Made by a program: the position numbers and the translations under genes
Shown: in pieces, positions 18,994 to 29,753 of the stretch
Position numbering within the stretch: position 1 is the first letter of the stretch
How the letters are laid out: each line of letters starts with the position of its first letter
Source of the DNA: an uncultured Phycisphaerales bacterium
Lineage (GTDB): Bacteria; Planctomycetota; Phycisphaerae; Tepidisphaerales; Tepidisphaeraceae
Length of the DNA stretch: 64,000 nt
Reading direction: 5' to 3'
NCBI GenBank assembly: GCA_963755915.1
Contig: CAVWLP010000002.1
Span: 992,001 to 1,056,000, forward strand
The notes under the pieces: model-generated
What the model was told of the DNA's origin: nothing
What the model saw: only the letters and a program-made list of their open reading frames with translations
Database searches by the model: none

Positions 18994-20230
18994 GAGGCTG
19001 CCATTGGTTGGAGCCGGGACTCTGGCTGTCGACGAGCTGTCCGTAAGAGCCGGGCTGAAGCGTCGGTTTGAATGCGACCAGTAGGCCGCTTCGCGTCGCC
19101 CCGTAAATGAGGGCGGCCTTGGGCTGCGATGTCAGGAACTGAATGTCGGTGCGCTGGGTTTGGAAAGCGATCTGGCCCGTCTGTTTATCAACCGCCGCGA
19201 GGCCGACGGATCGGCCGCCCGTCGCCAGCGTGACGTAGAGATACGTTTCGTCCTCGCTGAGGACCCGCAGGCCGTTGGAAAGCGTCCACCGGGCAGTCCG
19301 CAGCGGGGAAGCGACGCTTTCCTGGTCGCCCAGCGTGAGCTTGTCTGATTTATCGATGGCGACCAGTCCCTGCGTGGGAACGTATTGATAAACCCCGCTG
19401 TCGCTCACCTGGGGCCCGGTCATGAGGGGCTGACCTGAGAAAAATTGCCACTGCAGCTTTCCGGTGTTTTTGTCCAGGCACAGGACTTTCCCGGCATCGG
19501 TGGAGCAGTAGCAATAGGCGTTATCGACGGCGATGGAGCCGAAGACCTTGCTCTGCGTGTCGAATGCGTCATCGGGGGGAAGCAGGGTCCAGACGGGGGT
19601 TCGGTCTTCCAGGCAGGCGCGGACTTTGCCGTCTTCGCTGCCGCAGTAGATCACGCCGTCGGATAGCCCGACCGCGCCGCCAATTTCACCGAACGTTAAG
19701 AACGTCCACTGGACTGGAAGGATGTCCTGGGTCACGTCAACCTGGGCGAGACAGCCCTGATTGAAATCGAGGCCCACGTAGACGCTGTCATCGTGATTTG
19801 ATCCGACGGCCTGGTTGGTGATGTTGTATTTGACGTCGACGGACCGGATGAAGTTTCCGGTGCGGGTGTAATATTCGAGGGTGTGATTGGTGGGGAAGAC
19901 GATGCCGTCGCGAACGAGGGTCGGAGCCCCGTGGAAGCTGACGTCCGGCGTGCCGACCTGGTTGCGGTAAAGCAGCTCGCCGCTTTCCCCTTTGACGGCC
20001 TGGTCGTAATTCTGTGCGCTGAGGACGTGAACGGCTCCGTCAAGGTAATAAATGCCTCGTACGGAATCGCCTGCGTGCATGGGGACGTGCAGGTCCCAGG
20101 CCTGTACGAAGGAAGGCTGGGAGATGGTGACGAAGGGACTTTCCGGGTTCTCGTTGGAGGACTGGCAGCCGGCAAACATGCCGCAGAGCGTCGCGACAGC
20201 GGCTACCAGAAAGGACGATTTTCGAATCAC
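18983..20230 (-). CDS. PQQ-like beta-propeller lipoprotein (BamB-like)
   Basis: Lipobox FAGC, repeats such as CLDKNTGKLQWQF and AVDKQTGQIAF. GTG start with GGAG upstream. Confidence 0.75.
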   Translation of the reverse strand: MIRKSSFLVAAVATLCGMFAGCQSSNENPESPFVTISQPSFVQAWDLHVPMHAGDSVRGIYYLDGAVHVLSAQNYDQAVKGESGELLYRNQVGTPDVSFHGAPTLVRDGIVFPTNHTLEYYTRTGNFIRSVDVKYNITNQAVGSNHDDSVYVGLDFNQGCLAQVDVTQDILPVQWTFLTFGEIGGAVGLSDGVIYCGSEDGKVRACLEDRTPVWTLLPPDDAFDTQSKVFGSIAVDNAYCYCSTDAGKVLCLDKNTGKLQWQFFSGQPLMTGPQVSDSGVYQYVPTQGLVAIDKSDKLTLGDQESVASPLRTARWTLSNGLRVLSEDETYLYVTLATGGRSVGLAAVDKQTGQIAFQTQRTDIQFLTSQPKAALIYGATRSGLLVAFKPTLQPGSYGQLVDSQSPGSNQWQPHAR

Positions 20231-20409
20231 AGGTTTCTCCTGGACACACAAGCGAAAAAGGCCGTTTTGCCGCCACGGCCTACGGCCCGGTGGGAAGCCC
20301 CAAGCATAGCCGATTGAGGCGTTTAGCGTCAATTGAATGCGGGTTCAATAACAATTCCCTGGCAATAATTGCTCAAGCAATGCGTTAGAAATGATGAGAT
20401 AGAGATAAG

Positions 20410-21789
20410 ATGAGGATGACTATGTTCAAGACAATCGGGCGGGTTCTTTTGCCAATGGTTGCGTGCGCGGTTTTGGCCGCGGCGCCGGGGGTCTTTGCAC
20501 AGGTGGCGACGCAGCCGTCGGGAACGGTTGGTCAGGGCCGGATGCGGCCGGGGCCGGCGCTCATCATCGCCAGGTATAAACACGCCGTTTCCCAACTCGA
20601 CCTCACCGACGACCAGCGCATGGAGATCGATGCCTTCTTTAACCAGGTGAATCAGCAGGGGATGGACCTTTCGCAAAAGCTCGCCGATGCCGACCCCTCC
20701 GACCGGTATCAGATGCTGGGAGATTTCGTAAAGCAGCTTCACAGCCAACTGGCCAATCTTCTCAGCGATGGACAGCTTGCCCAATTGGATAAAAACATCG
20801 GCCCGCTGACCGGCCGGCGAGTTGGGCAGTTTGGCGGCGGAGCAACGACGCAGCCGACCGCGGGGCCGGGTGTGGGGGCGGGCGTAGGTGCGGGGACGGG
20901 GCGGAATAATTTTGGGGGTGGCGCGGGGGGAATTATCCTGGCCATGCAGCAGGCGCTGGCGAAGGTGGACCTTTCCGACGATCAGAAACAGGAAGTGCAA
21001 GAACTGCTGAAGGATGCCGGCAGTCAGATCGCCGCGCTGCGGCAGAAGGCGCAGGGCGGGGCAAATGTTCAGCAGGACCTCGCCCAGGTTCGCCAGCAGG
21101 TGCGCGAGAAATTGCAGACGATTCTCACCGACGACCAAATGCAGCAGTTCGTCCAGCAGATGCAGCAATTGCGGCAAAACCGGGGACCCAGAGGAGGAGG
21201 CGGAGGCGATGGCCCGGGAGCGAGCGCGGATGTGAAATCACCCAAGCCCGATGATCTGAATTTCAACGGGCCGGAGGTCGGGTCGGCCGTTCCAGACGTG
21301 CAGATTACCGAAGCCAACGGCAGGAGCTTCACGCCGGCGAAATATAAGGGGCACGTCCTGGTGATCGAGTTTGGGTCCATGTCCTGCCCGGTTTTCCGCG
21401 AACACGCGGCGGCGATGGAGAAACTGAAAACCGCCGAGCAGGGCCGGGCATTTTTCCTGATCGTTTACACCAGGGAAGCCTTCCCCGCCGGCGATAAAAA
21501 CGCCGAGCGAAACAAGGAAGAGGGCGTTGCCGTCCCCGATGCGGCTTCCCTTGACGACCGCAAGGCGCAGGCCCTGGAGACCCAGCGCGAGCTGCGGATC
21601 ACCATCCCCATGGCCGTTGACAACATGGGCGACTCAATCTCCAAGACATTTGGCGGATTCCCCAACGGCGCGGTGGTGATCGGGAAAGATGGCGCCGTGG
21701 CGGCATATCAGCAGTGGACGAACCCCGACACGCTTCGCGAGGCGATTGATGATGCGGTCCTGGCGCCTCAAGTCGCGGAGAACCGTTGA
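20410..21789 (+). CDS. Secreted protein with Spy/CpxP-like helical repeats and an iodothyronine-deiodinase-like thioredoxin domain
   Basis: Signal peptide, LDLTDDQ/LSDDQKQ/ILTDDQ repeats, GSAVPD, VIEFGSMSCPVF, IVYTREAFP, MAVDNMGD..FGGFPN. Confidence 0.7.
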   Translation: MRMTMFKTIGRVLLPMVACAVLAAAPGVFAQVATQPSGTVGQGRMRPGPALIIARYKHAVSQLDLTDDQRMEIDAFFNQVNQQGMDLSQKLADADPSDRYQMLGDFVKQLHSQLANLLSDGQLAQLDKNIGPLTGRRVGQFGGGATTQPTAGPGVGAGVGAGTGRNNFGGGAGGIILAMQQALAKVDLSDDQKQEVQELLKDAGSQIAALRQKAQGGANVQQDLAQVRQQVREKLQTILTDDQMQQFVQQMQQLRQNRGPRGGGGGDGPGASADVKSPKPDDLNFNGPEVGSAVPDVQITEANGRSFTPAKYKGHVLVIEFGSMSCPVFREHAAAMEKLKTAEQGRAFFLIVYTREAFPAGDKNAERNKEEGVAVPDAASLDDRKAQALETQRELRITIPMAVDNMGDSISKTFGGFPNGAVVIGKDGAVAAYQQWTNPDTLREAIDDAVLAPQVAENR

Positions 21790-21835
21790 CGAGAACCGTT
21801 GACGGGGGACTGTCTCAACCGAACAATCTGGGGCA

Positions 21836-22684
21836 ATGAGCCAGTTCAACCAGGAGGTGGCGGCATCGCAGGCGTCGCGCCGTACGCTGGGGCCTTTTGC
21901 CCGCGCCATCCTCACGGTTACGCCGCAAGGCGTATATGCCGTGCCGGTCGAGGATATGTACGTCGGGGTTTGGCTTCGCCAACGGGGGTGCTACAACCCG
22001 GAAGAGCTGAATGTTCTGCGATCGATGTGCGATGCGCAGACGCGGCTGCTGGTCGTCGGCGCCCACATCGGGGCGCTGGCCATTCCGCTGGCGAAAATCT
22101 GCCGAAGCGTTGTGGCGGTCGAAGCCAATCCGCAGACGTCCGAGCTATTGCAGCTCAACGTGTCGCTGAACAATCTCACCAACTGCAAAGTGATTCGCTG
22201 CGCGGCGTCCAACCAGGCGGGGGAGATCGAATTCGTTATGAACCGCTCCAACAGTGGCGGAAGCAAGCGCAAGCCGGCGGTTCATCTGCAAAATTATTTC
22301 TACGACAACCCCGAAGTGGTGAAAGTGGAAGCGGGACGGCTGGACGATCTGCTCGCGGGGGAAGAGTTCGACGTCGTGCTTATGGACATCGAAGGCTCCG
22401 AATATTTCGCCCTTCAGGGGATGCAGCGGATTCTCGCCTCGGTGGGGGTACTGCAGGTGGAATTTCTGCCCCATCATCTTCTGTACGTGGCGGCGGTGCC
22501 GCTGAACGATTTTGTTTCGGTGATCGCGCCGCATTTTGCGTCGCTGTTTATTCCCACGAAGGGTCTGCTGGTGCCTCAGGATCAGTTCGCGGCGACCCTG
22601 GGCGGAATGTACGACCGGGGGGAGGGGGACCAGGGCCTGATATTTCTGAAAGCCGGCCGCGAGCTGCCGTTCATTCGAAAATGA
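21836..22684 (+). CDS. FkbM-family methyltransferase
   Basis: VVGAHIG, VAVEANP, RLDDLL, MDIEGSE. Confidence 0.88.
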   Translation: MSQFNQEVAASQASRRTLGPFARAILTVTPQGVYAVPVEDMYVGVWLRQRGCYNPEELNVLRSMCDAQTRLLVVGAHIGALAIPLAKICRSVVAVEANPQTSELLQLNVSLNNLTNCKVIRCAASNQAGEIEFVMNRSNSGGSKRKPAVHLQNYFYDNPEVVKVEAGRLDDLLAGEEFDVVLMDIEGSEYFALQGMQRILASVGVLQVEFLPHHLLYVAAVPLNDFVSVIAPHFASLFIPTKGLLVPQDQFAATLGGMYDRGEGDQGLIFLKAGRELPFIRK

Positions 22685-24628
22685 CCATGGCATGCCCGTC
22701 GATCCGGGGGATGACGGTTTCGGTGCGACCGTTGGCGTATTCGAAATCCAACGGCGATTCATCCGGGGCAAGGTATACGCGGGCGGGTTTGCGGGGGGTT
22801 TTCAGCGACAACTTGATGTTAAACAGCGGGACGATGTCCTCGACGATATCCAGCGACGGCGTACGCCGCTGGGGGCTGTAGTGCAGAACGTGGACAATCG
22901 AGCGGGCGCCTTGACGGGTGATCGTGGCTTCGGTCATCGCGGGAGCGTCAAGGCGAATCAGCGGCTCAGGGAGTATTCGCGACAGAATCGTATCGACCAG
23001 CCAGCGGCAGGCGAGGTTTCCGTTGTTGGCATAGGAATCGAAAACCGGCAGCGGGATATACCCCACGCGGCCTTTTAACACCGCGGCCGCGTATTGGGTG
23101 AGCTTTTGCGGCGGGGTTTGCCGATGGCTGCAAAAATGCACCCAGGTGCGCTCGAAATAAGGCTCAACGATTGAGGCGAGCTGTTTTGTTCCCGCTGCGC
23201 GCGGACGCGCACGCCGCGGTCGTACATGACGTGGTCGATCGCCGGGATATCGCCGGAAAATTCTTTCGCGAAGCGAACGTACGTGGCTGTAAATGGGGAA
23301 AAACCCTCCGGCTCGATGCCAAGTTGCGGAAGCGCCTTTTGGGCATTGTCTGAAAGGCCGGCCGTGCCCGTGGCCAGCATCGCGCCCCCCTGCCGGAGGA
23401 ACGCGGAGAGCCGTTTGGCCGTGGCGGCGTCGAGTTCGACGGCGTCGGGGAGGATCAGCAGTTCGTAATCCGAGAATTTGTGCGCGGGCGAAATGATGTC
23501 GAACTGATGCTTGAGCTGCGTGAGCATCTGCGTCACGCCCTCTTCCGTGCGAACGCCCGCGCCCGACGTCTGGAGAACGCCGATTTGGGTGATCGGAACC
23601 GCGCCCCGGAGCCAGGGTTCGCGTTCTTCAACGCGGCCGTAGGCTTTGCCGACGAGATCGTAGGCGGGTTGCTCCAGCTTTCCGCGGGGGTGGAGCTGGT
23701 CGCCGATGCTGCACGCCGCGGCGTGGGCCATCATCAGGCTGGTTTCATATTCGAGCGCCGCGTATGGCTTAATTCCGCCGAAATCCGCCCACGATTTGTG
23801 GAAGCGAGCCGTCTGTCCGAGATAGGGCCGGCCAAGCGTGCGCACGTGTCGGACGTGACGAGGAAAATAGAGATACCCCCAGCCGCCGGTTGGAAGCGCT
23901 TCAATCTCCACATGCGAAAACGTGGAGATTTCCGGGGCAAGTTTGTCCAGGCTCCGGGCGTTGAAAAAGACCGAGGCGCCGGGGCTGGAAGATTGCACCA
24001 TCCGGTAAAACCGCTTCATGTAATCGCGGGAAACCTGCAGGGCCAGGCGATCACGATCGGCGGATGATTCCGGATCGAGATGGGCGCGGCGCATCGCCTC
24101 CATGAAATATCGATTCGTCGACGGTTGGTCCCAGCACATATCGAAAAAGATTCCGTCGACCGGCTTGAAGAGCTTCAGCACCTCACTCGTTTGCTCGGCG
24201 AGATATTCCTGGTAGGGGGACGTCATCTCCAGGATTTGCCAGCCGGGGTTGAAGATTCCCGACGGGCGGCGCACCGGGGCTCCCTGCGCGTCGCGGGCGA
24301 TCCATTCGGGGTGCGTATTTGCCGCGTATTCGTCGCACAGGATGCTGATGTAGATCGGAGCCCGAATGCCGGCGCCGTGCAGCGCGTCAACCTGCTCGGC
24401 CAGCAGGTCCAGCGATTTGGGCAATCCCGGATGCCGCTCCGGGCGCGACGTTTTGTAATAAAGATGCCCGTGATGGCACTTGGCAAAGACGGTCACGCTG
24501 TCGATATGCGCCGCCTTGAACGTGGCCGCGAATTCTCGCGCGTTGAACTGCGCGCCGACATCAAAAATATCGGGGCCGGTGTGGAAATCGAGGTGGATTT
24601 GCCGGCGGGGAAAGTCGCGCAAAGCCAT
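22671..24628 (-). CDS. Glycoside hydrolase (GHL6/fucosidase-like TIM barrel plus beta-galactosidase trimerization domain), frameshift near 23185
   Basis: RQIHLDFHT, FAKCHHG, DGIFFD, RFHKSWADFGG, IGDQLHPRG. C-terminal part is in ORF 22671-23141. Confidence 0.78.
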
Positions 24629-25814
24629 CAGCGAAGCCTCGAGTCGCTGTTCCCAATGCCGCGCAGGGCCAGGTTGAGGGCATCGACGTTGCTCGCAAGC
24701 CGTTTGGCCTCGGCCACGTCGATGATCTGCTTCTGGAACAGCTCGGTGAGGTGCTGGTCGAAGCTCTGGCTGCCGCCCTCTTTGTTGCCCACGGTTCCCT
24801 TGAGCTTTTCGTATTCGCCTTCAAGGATGTATTTCCGCACCAGCGGCGAGGCCTGCATGATTTCGACCACCGGAACGCGCCCCTTCCCGTCGCGCCGCTT
24901 GGCCAGACGCTGACACACAACGGCTATGAGATTAAGGCCCAGCTGCGTCTGCTGAAGCTCTTTTTGATTCGGGTCAAACAGCGAGACCATTCGCTCGATG
25001 GTCATCGCCGCGTTGGTGGCGTGAACCGTCGTGAAAACCAGGTGCCCCGTGTCCGCCGCACGCAATGACGTCGACAGCGAGAACGAATCGCGCATCTCGC
25101 CGATCAGGATCGTGTCCGGATCCTGCCGCATCATCGAACGCAACGCATATTCATAGCTTTCGCTGTCGGTGCCGACTTCCACCTGGCTCACAAGGCTCTT
25201 GGCGTTCTCGTGCTGATATTCGATCGGATCTTCAACCGTGATGATCCGCTCGCGCGCGTGCGATTGATCTTGCCGATGACGGCCGCAAGCGTCGTCGATT
25301 TACCGGAACCCGTCGTGCCGGAAACGATGATGATTCCGCGGTGATGTTCGGAAAGCGTTTCGATCTGAGGCGGCAGGTTCAGATCGTCGAAACTCGGGAT
25401 CTTGGTGACGATCCGCCGCATGACGATCGCAAACTTCTCGCGGCTGTGAAAAATGTTGGTCCTGAACCGGGCCGCGGGCGTGATGTAGGCAACGTCGACC
25501 GCGCCTTTGTGGTCGAGCGTGCGCTTCCGTTCCTCCGGCTCCCCCTGCGCGTCGATGATCTGGGTGACGTATTCCTTCATCGCCTCATCCGAAGGCGGCG
25601 CGCAGTCGAGAAATCGTGCCCGCCCATCCACGCGGATCATGGGAGTGCTCCCCGCCTGGAGGTGCAGGTCCGACCCCCCGATCTTCACGCACGTTTTCAG
25701 AAAATCCTGCAGCGACAACTTGCGCTCTTCAACGTGAATGTTCGGCTGAGGCGTGTCACGATCGATGGCGGCATTTTCAACGATTGGGCCGGTCTGGGAA
25801 CTTTGAACGGACAT
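24628..25814 (-). CDS. pilT: PilT/PilU-family type IV pilus ATPase, frameshift near 25252
   Basis: SDLHL, RFRTN, GTTGSGKSTT (Walker A), MRQDPDTILIGEMRD, TGHLVFTTVH. Confidence 0.88.
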
Positions 25815-25929
25815 GGCTGGGAATTCCTCTCGCGCAACAAATTGGGCAGGCGGTTCATCCTTCGCTGGACGCATCCAATGTTAGGTCGCAAGGGGAGATT
25901 TCGCAACGAAAATCGGGTAGAGTTTGGTC

Positions 25930-26700
25930 ATGAAACCCCGGACATTGGTCCTTCGTGCCGCCGGCACTAACTGCGACGTAGAAACGGCTTATGCCTTCGA
26001 GCGGGCGGGGGCAAAATCGGATTCCATCCATATCAATCGAATTCTGGAGCAGCCCCGGATCCTCGATGATTATCAGATTCTGGCCTTTCCCGGCGGCTTC
26101 AGCTACGGCGACGACATCGCCGCCGGGAAAATCCTCGCCAACCAGATCGTCCATCACCTCGGCGATGCCGTGCGCAAATTCATCGACGCCGGCAAACCGG
26201 TGATCGGCATCTGCAACGGATTTCAAGTTTTGGTTAAGACGGATTTATTGCCGGGCCCCCTGGTTGGTAAAACGGGGCAGACAGCGACGCTCACCAACAA
26301 CGATTCGGGGCGGTTTATCGATCGCTGGGTGCACCTTGCGGGAAAGAGCGAGAAATGCGTTTGGACTCGCGGAGTCGGCGAAATCGATCTCCCGATCGCG
26401 CACGGCGAAGGCAAATTCGTGCCGGTGGATGATGCCGTGCGAGCCGCGCTTTGGGAGAGCCAGCAGGTAGCGATGGTCTACAGCGGCCAAAACCCCAACG
26501 GCTCGGTGGACGACATCGCCGGTGTTTGCGATTCAACAGGGCTTGTCTTCGGCCTGATGCCCCACCCCGAGCGGCATATCGATCCAACCCAGCATTACGC
26601 CTGGACCTCGCGCCCGAAGTTGCCGGCGGAGGGGGATGGGCTGAGGATTTTCCGCAATGCGGTGGCGCATGTGGGGGAAGCGGTGGGGGCGGGGGTGTGA
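25930..26700 (+). CDS. purQ: Phosphoribosylformylglycinamidine synthase glutaminase subunit
   Basis: AGTNCDVET, PGGFSYGD, IGICNGFQ, PIAHGEG, GLMPHPER. Confidence 0.96.
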   Translation: MKPRTLVLRAAGTNCDVETAYAFERAGAKSDSIHINRILEQPRILDDYQILAFPGGFSYGDDIAAGKILANQIVHHLGDAVRKFIDAGKPVIGICNGFQVLVKTDLLPGPLVGKTGQTATLTNNDSGRFIDRWVHLAGKSEKCVWTRGVGEIDLPIAHGEGKFVPVDDAVRAALWESQQVAMVYSGQNPNGSVDDIAGVCDSTGLVFGLMPHPERHIDPTQHYAWTSRPKLPAEGDGLRIFRNAVAHVGEAVGAGV

Positions 26701-26716
26701 ACGCAAAAGCGCCTGC

Positions 26717-26744
26717 TTGCCAATCGCGAATTTCGTTATATAAT
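26717..26744 (+). promoter_or_regulatory. Sigma70-type promoter TTGCCA-N16-TATAAT for the BrnT-like TA operon
   Basis: -35 at 26717-26722 and -10 at 26739-26744, 7 nt before the TTG start. Confidence 0.55.
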
Positions 26745-26751
26745 TTTATTA

Positions 26752-27084
26752 TTGTTCTTTGCATGGGATGACGCAAACCGCGACCACATCTCGAAACATG
26801 GCGTTGCGCCTACGGAGGCTGAGTTCGTGGTCGAGAATGCAACCCAACCGTTTCCGCAGCACATCGGCGATGGCAAGCGGCGCGTTTGGGGAGCAACGGC
26901 CGAAGGTCGCATGCTGCAAGTAATCTACGTGCTGAAGAAGCAAGAAGATGTGCAGTTTGAATCCGTTCCCGTTTTGGACTGGATCCAGCTTGAGAGCGAT
27001 CCACAGACGAGAATTGTGCGCGTAATACACGCGATGGAGCTCACAACTGACATGAAGCGACGATTGCGCAAGCTCAGGAGGTAA
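26752..27084 (+). CDS. BrnT-like (DUF497) toxin
   Basis: FAWDDANRDHISKHGV..EAEFV, GATAEGRMLQVIY, VRVIHAM. Confidence 0.82.
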   Translation: MFFAWDDANRDHISKHGVAPTEAEFVVENATQPFPQHIGDGKRRVWGATAEGRMLQVIYVLKKQEDVQFESVPVLDWIQLESDPQTRIVRVIHAMELTTDMKRRLRKLRR

Positions 27085-27086
27085 TC

Positions 27087-27416
27087 TTGAATATGAAATC
27101 AACAACTCGAAATCGCGGGCGAAAAATGAAGCGGACTCCCGATGAAAACGATTTTGCCGCCCTCGACGTCTGGGCCCGGAATCTCAAACTCTCTGATGGC
27201 AAGCCTCTTAGTGCTGCTCAACGTCGTGAGGAAAAGCTTGCCCGTAGCGTGGGCCGCCCCCGGATTCCCGAATCCGCCAAGGCCAAGAGGCTGATGATCA
27301 GCATGTCTCCCGCACTGATTAAGGCCGCAGACCATTTTGCAAAGCGAACCGGCCGCACCCTCTCCGGACTCATTGCGGAAAGCCTGGCTGAAAAAATAAT
27401 AAAGAAGGCTTCCTGA
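27087..27416 (+). CDS. Cognate antitoxin with C-terminal RHH (BrnA-like)
   Basis: GRPR motif followed by RLMISMSPALIKAADHFAKRTGRTLSGLI. Starts 2 nt after the toxin stop. Confidence 0.75.
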   Translation: MNMKSTTRNRGRKMKRTPDENDFAALDVWARNLKLSDGKPLSAAQRREEKLARSVGRPRIPESAKAKRLMISMSPALIKAADHFAKRTGRTLSGLIAESLAEKIIKKAS

Positions 27417-27445
27417 GGCGCAGAATTTGTTTCAGGCAATTGAGA

Positions 27446-28021
27446 TCAAATTGCCGCCGCCAGGCAGTGGTCCCACAAGATTTTCCACTCAAGCCGCTGC
27501 AACTGCATTACGATTTTGTCCCGCGAGTCCGATTCGTTTTCGCTGACCTCCTCGGCCAGATCGACAAACGCATTAGGATTCCACCCCGTCGCGGTCACGC
27601 GAAGAAGCGATTTATCCGCCGGCGCCGGATTCACGACCGCTGGCGCCTGAGCCGCGAGAACTTGCAGTGCCGGGTGGCTCGCACACCGCGCGTACCAATA
27701 TTTGCTGTTGGAAAAATCCCCCTCCCGGCGGTGCATGATCGCGTGCCAGAAGGCGTAGGTGCTGCCGCTCTTCTCATCCGGCGGATTCTGGACGATCCGG
27801 TGGCACTCCTCAAGCCCGTCATTCCAGAGCCATAGCCCGGCCAGAAGCGCGCTGGCGAAGGCAGGGGATTTCACGGGAACAGTCAGCAATTGCTCCGGGC
27901 GGGTCGTCTCCAGAATTTCGCGCGCGGCGGGAAAAGCCTCGCCAGTTACCACGAGGGCCTCATAGGCGCGTGGGTTGGCTTCGAGGATTTTAACGGCAAT
28001 GGATGAGCGGCTATCAGTCAT
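27446..28021 (-). CDS. Conserved hypothetical protein
   Basis: GLWLWNDGLEECH..Q, FWHAIMHRREGDFSNSKYW, LQRLEW. Confidence 0.75.
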   Translation of the reverse strand: MTDSRSSIAVKILEANPRAYEALVVTGEAFPAAREILETTRPEQLLTVPVKSPAFASALLAGLWLWNDGLEECHRIVQNPPDEKSGSTYAFWHAIMHRREGDFSNSKYWYARCASHPALQVLAAQAPAVVNPAPADKSLLRVTATGWNPNAFVDLAEEVSENESDSRDKIVMQLQRLEWKILWDHCLAAAI

Positions 28022-28039
28022 GAACTCCCGCGATTTTAA

Positions 28040-28321
28040 TCAAGCGACCTTGAGCGGCTTAATCCTGATTCGATTTGGGCGGATCTGGGCAAGGTCGTAT
28101 TGCGCCTGTTGAATCAGCCAACTCTCCGCACTGCCGCCAAACACTTTCGAGAGCCTGACGGCCATTTCCGCTGAAATTCCACGCTTCTTGTTAACGAGTT
28201 CGGAGAGCGTGGTGCGCGTCACGCCCAGCGCAGCGGCGGCCTCGGTAATGCTCAAGTTCAGCGGCTCGATGCACTGACGCAAAACGAAACCTCCGGGATG
28301 AGGCGGATTTTTCATGGGCAT
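28040..28321 (-). CDS. higA: HigA-family antitoxin (HTH)
   Basis: [47 protein letters not shown]. Confidence 0.93.
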   Translation of the reverse strand: MPMKNPPHPGGFVLRQCIEPLNLSITEAAAALGVTRTTLSELVNKKRGISAEMAVRLSKVFGGSAESWLIQQAQYDLAQIRPNRIRIKPLKVA

Positions 28322-28336
28322 CGCGAAATTCCTCTC

Positions 28337-28375
28337 TCAATGATAGTCAGTGTAATCGACCTCTAAAACATTCTG
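28337..28375 (-). pseudogene. higB: 3' stub of a deleted HigB toxin gene
   Basis: Reads QNVLEVDYTDYH*, the HigB C-terminal VDY.DYH motif, directly upstream of higA. No room for the rest of the gene. Confidence 0.75.
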
Positions 28376-28402
28376 GCTCTGATGCGCGGCCTCATCTCAA
28401 GA

Positions 28403-29752
28403 CTAGCCATCACCCCTGGCCTCCGCCGGAGTACCGGAGGAGCCAGCAGGGGACTTATCTCGCGGCCCCGTCTGCCGCATCGCCGTCACATGCTCCCGCC
28501 CCAGATCCACCTTGCTGATATCGGGCCGGAAAAACAACGCCACCGTCCAGTCGGCGACGATCCGCACGCGCTGCGCCCAGCGCGGCATCACGCTCAGATA
28601 GTAAGTCCGCCGCGCCCACCACGCGAAAAACCCGCGAATCCGAATGCCCAGCACCGTCCCCAGCCCCTTGTAATGCCCCAGCGCGGCCATCAATCCGAGC
28701 ATCTTGAATTCAAACGGCGCCGGCTGCCTCCCGTCCAGCACGGCCACGATGTTGTCCGCCAGCGTCACGGCCTGACGCATCGCGAACTGTGCCAGCTTAG
28801 GATACGGCTTGCCCTGTGCGTCAGGAACCGATGCACAGTCGCCCAGCGCCCAGATTTCCGGCCGTTCCTTGCACCGCATGGCGCCGTCCACGATCAGGTG
28901 CCCATGCTTGTCCCTGGGCAGCGGCAGATTCGCGACCACAGGGCTCGGCAGGATGCCGGCCGAAAGCAGAATCGTTCCGGCTTCGATCACCCGATCCTTC
29001 AGATGCACCCGGTCCGCCTCAATCGATTGAACCGGCGAAGACGTAAGAATCTGCACCCCCACCCGCCGGGTCAGAACCTTCACGGCATATTCCGAAAGAA
29101 CCTGCGGCACCTCCGGCATGATCCGCTCCGTGGCCTGGATGAGATAAAGCTGCATCTCATCCCGCCGCACGCGCGGATAATAACGCACGATCTCGTCCAT
29201 GAAGCTGCTCAGCTCCCCAAACGCCTCGGAGCCCACGAAACCCCCGCCGATGACGACCAGCGTCAACAGCCGCTTCCGTTCCCGCGGATCGTTCTCCACA
29301 TCCGCGCGCTCCAGGCATTCGATGACGTGATTCCGTAGAACGATCACATCCGCCAGCGATTTGAACGGCATCGCATTGTCGGACCCGGGAATCTGCCGTG
29401 TATTCGTAACCGCCCCCAGCGCAAGGACGAGCTGATCGTACGCAACCTCATGCTTCGTTCCCGGCCCCCACGCGGCATGAACGATCCGGCGATCGACGTC
29501 GATGCTGTCGATGATCCCCTCGATATATCGCGTCCTGCGCAGGAATGAGCGGATCGACACCGAGCAGTGGCGAAGCTCAAGTGTGCCCGTGCACGCCTCA
29601 AACATCAGCGGCGTCATCAGCAGAAAATTGTCCCGGCTGATCAGCGTGATTTGAACGTCGGCCCGATGTTTGCACAGCTTCTCCAGCCGCCGCGCCGCCA
29701 GAACGCCTGCGAATCCACCGCCGAGGATGAGGATCTTCTTCGGATCAGCCAT
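28403..29752 (-). CDS. ndh: Type II NADH dehydrogenase-like FAD-dependent oxidoreductase
   Basis: ILGGGFAG, YDQLVLALG, VIGGGFVGSE, IWALGDCA, AQFAMRQA. Confidence 0.85.
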   Translation of the reverse strand: MADPKKILILGGGFAGVLAARRLEKLCKHRADVQITLISRDNFLLMTPLMFEACTGTLELRHCSVSIRSFLRRTRYIEGIIDSIDVDRRIVHAAWGPGTKHEVAYDQLVLALGAVTNTRQIPGSDNAMPFKSLADVIVLRNHVIECLERADVENDPRERKRLLTLVVIGGGFVGSEAFGELSSFMDEIVRYYPRVRRDEMQLYLIQATERIMPEVPQVLSEYAVKVLTRRVGVQILTSSPVQSIEADRVHLKDRVIEAGTILLSAGILPSPVVANLPLPRDKHGHLIVDGAMRCKERPEIWALGDCASVPDAQGKPYPKLAQFAMRQAVTLADNIVAVLDGRQPAPFEFKMLGLMAALGHYKGLGTVLGIRIRGFFAWWARRTYYLSVMPRWAQRVRIVADWTVALFFRPDISKVDLGREHVTAMRQTGPRDKSPAGSSGTPAEARGDG

Positions 29753-29753
29753 G

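Noticed and set aside
21367-21400. Selenocysteine in the deiodinase-like domain
   Set aside because: The codon is TGC (Cys) and the ORF has no in-frame TGA.
21778-21803. 13-bp tandem duplication gagaaccgttgac x2 at a gene end
   Set aside because: Single local duplication with no further structure.
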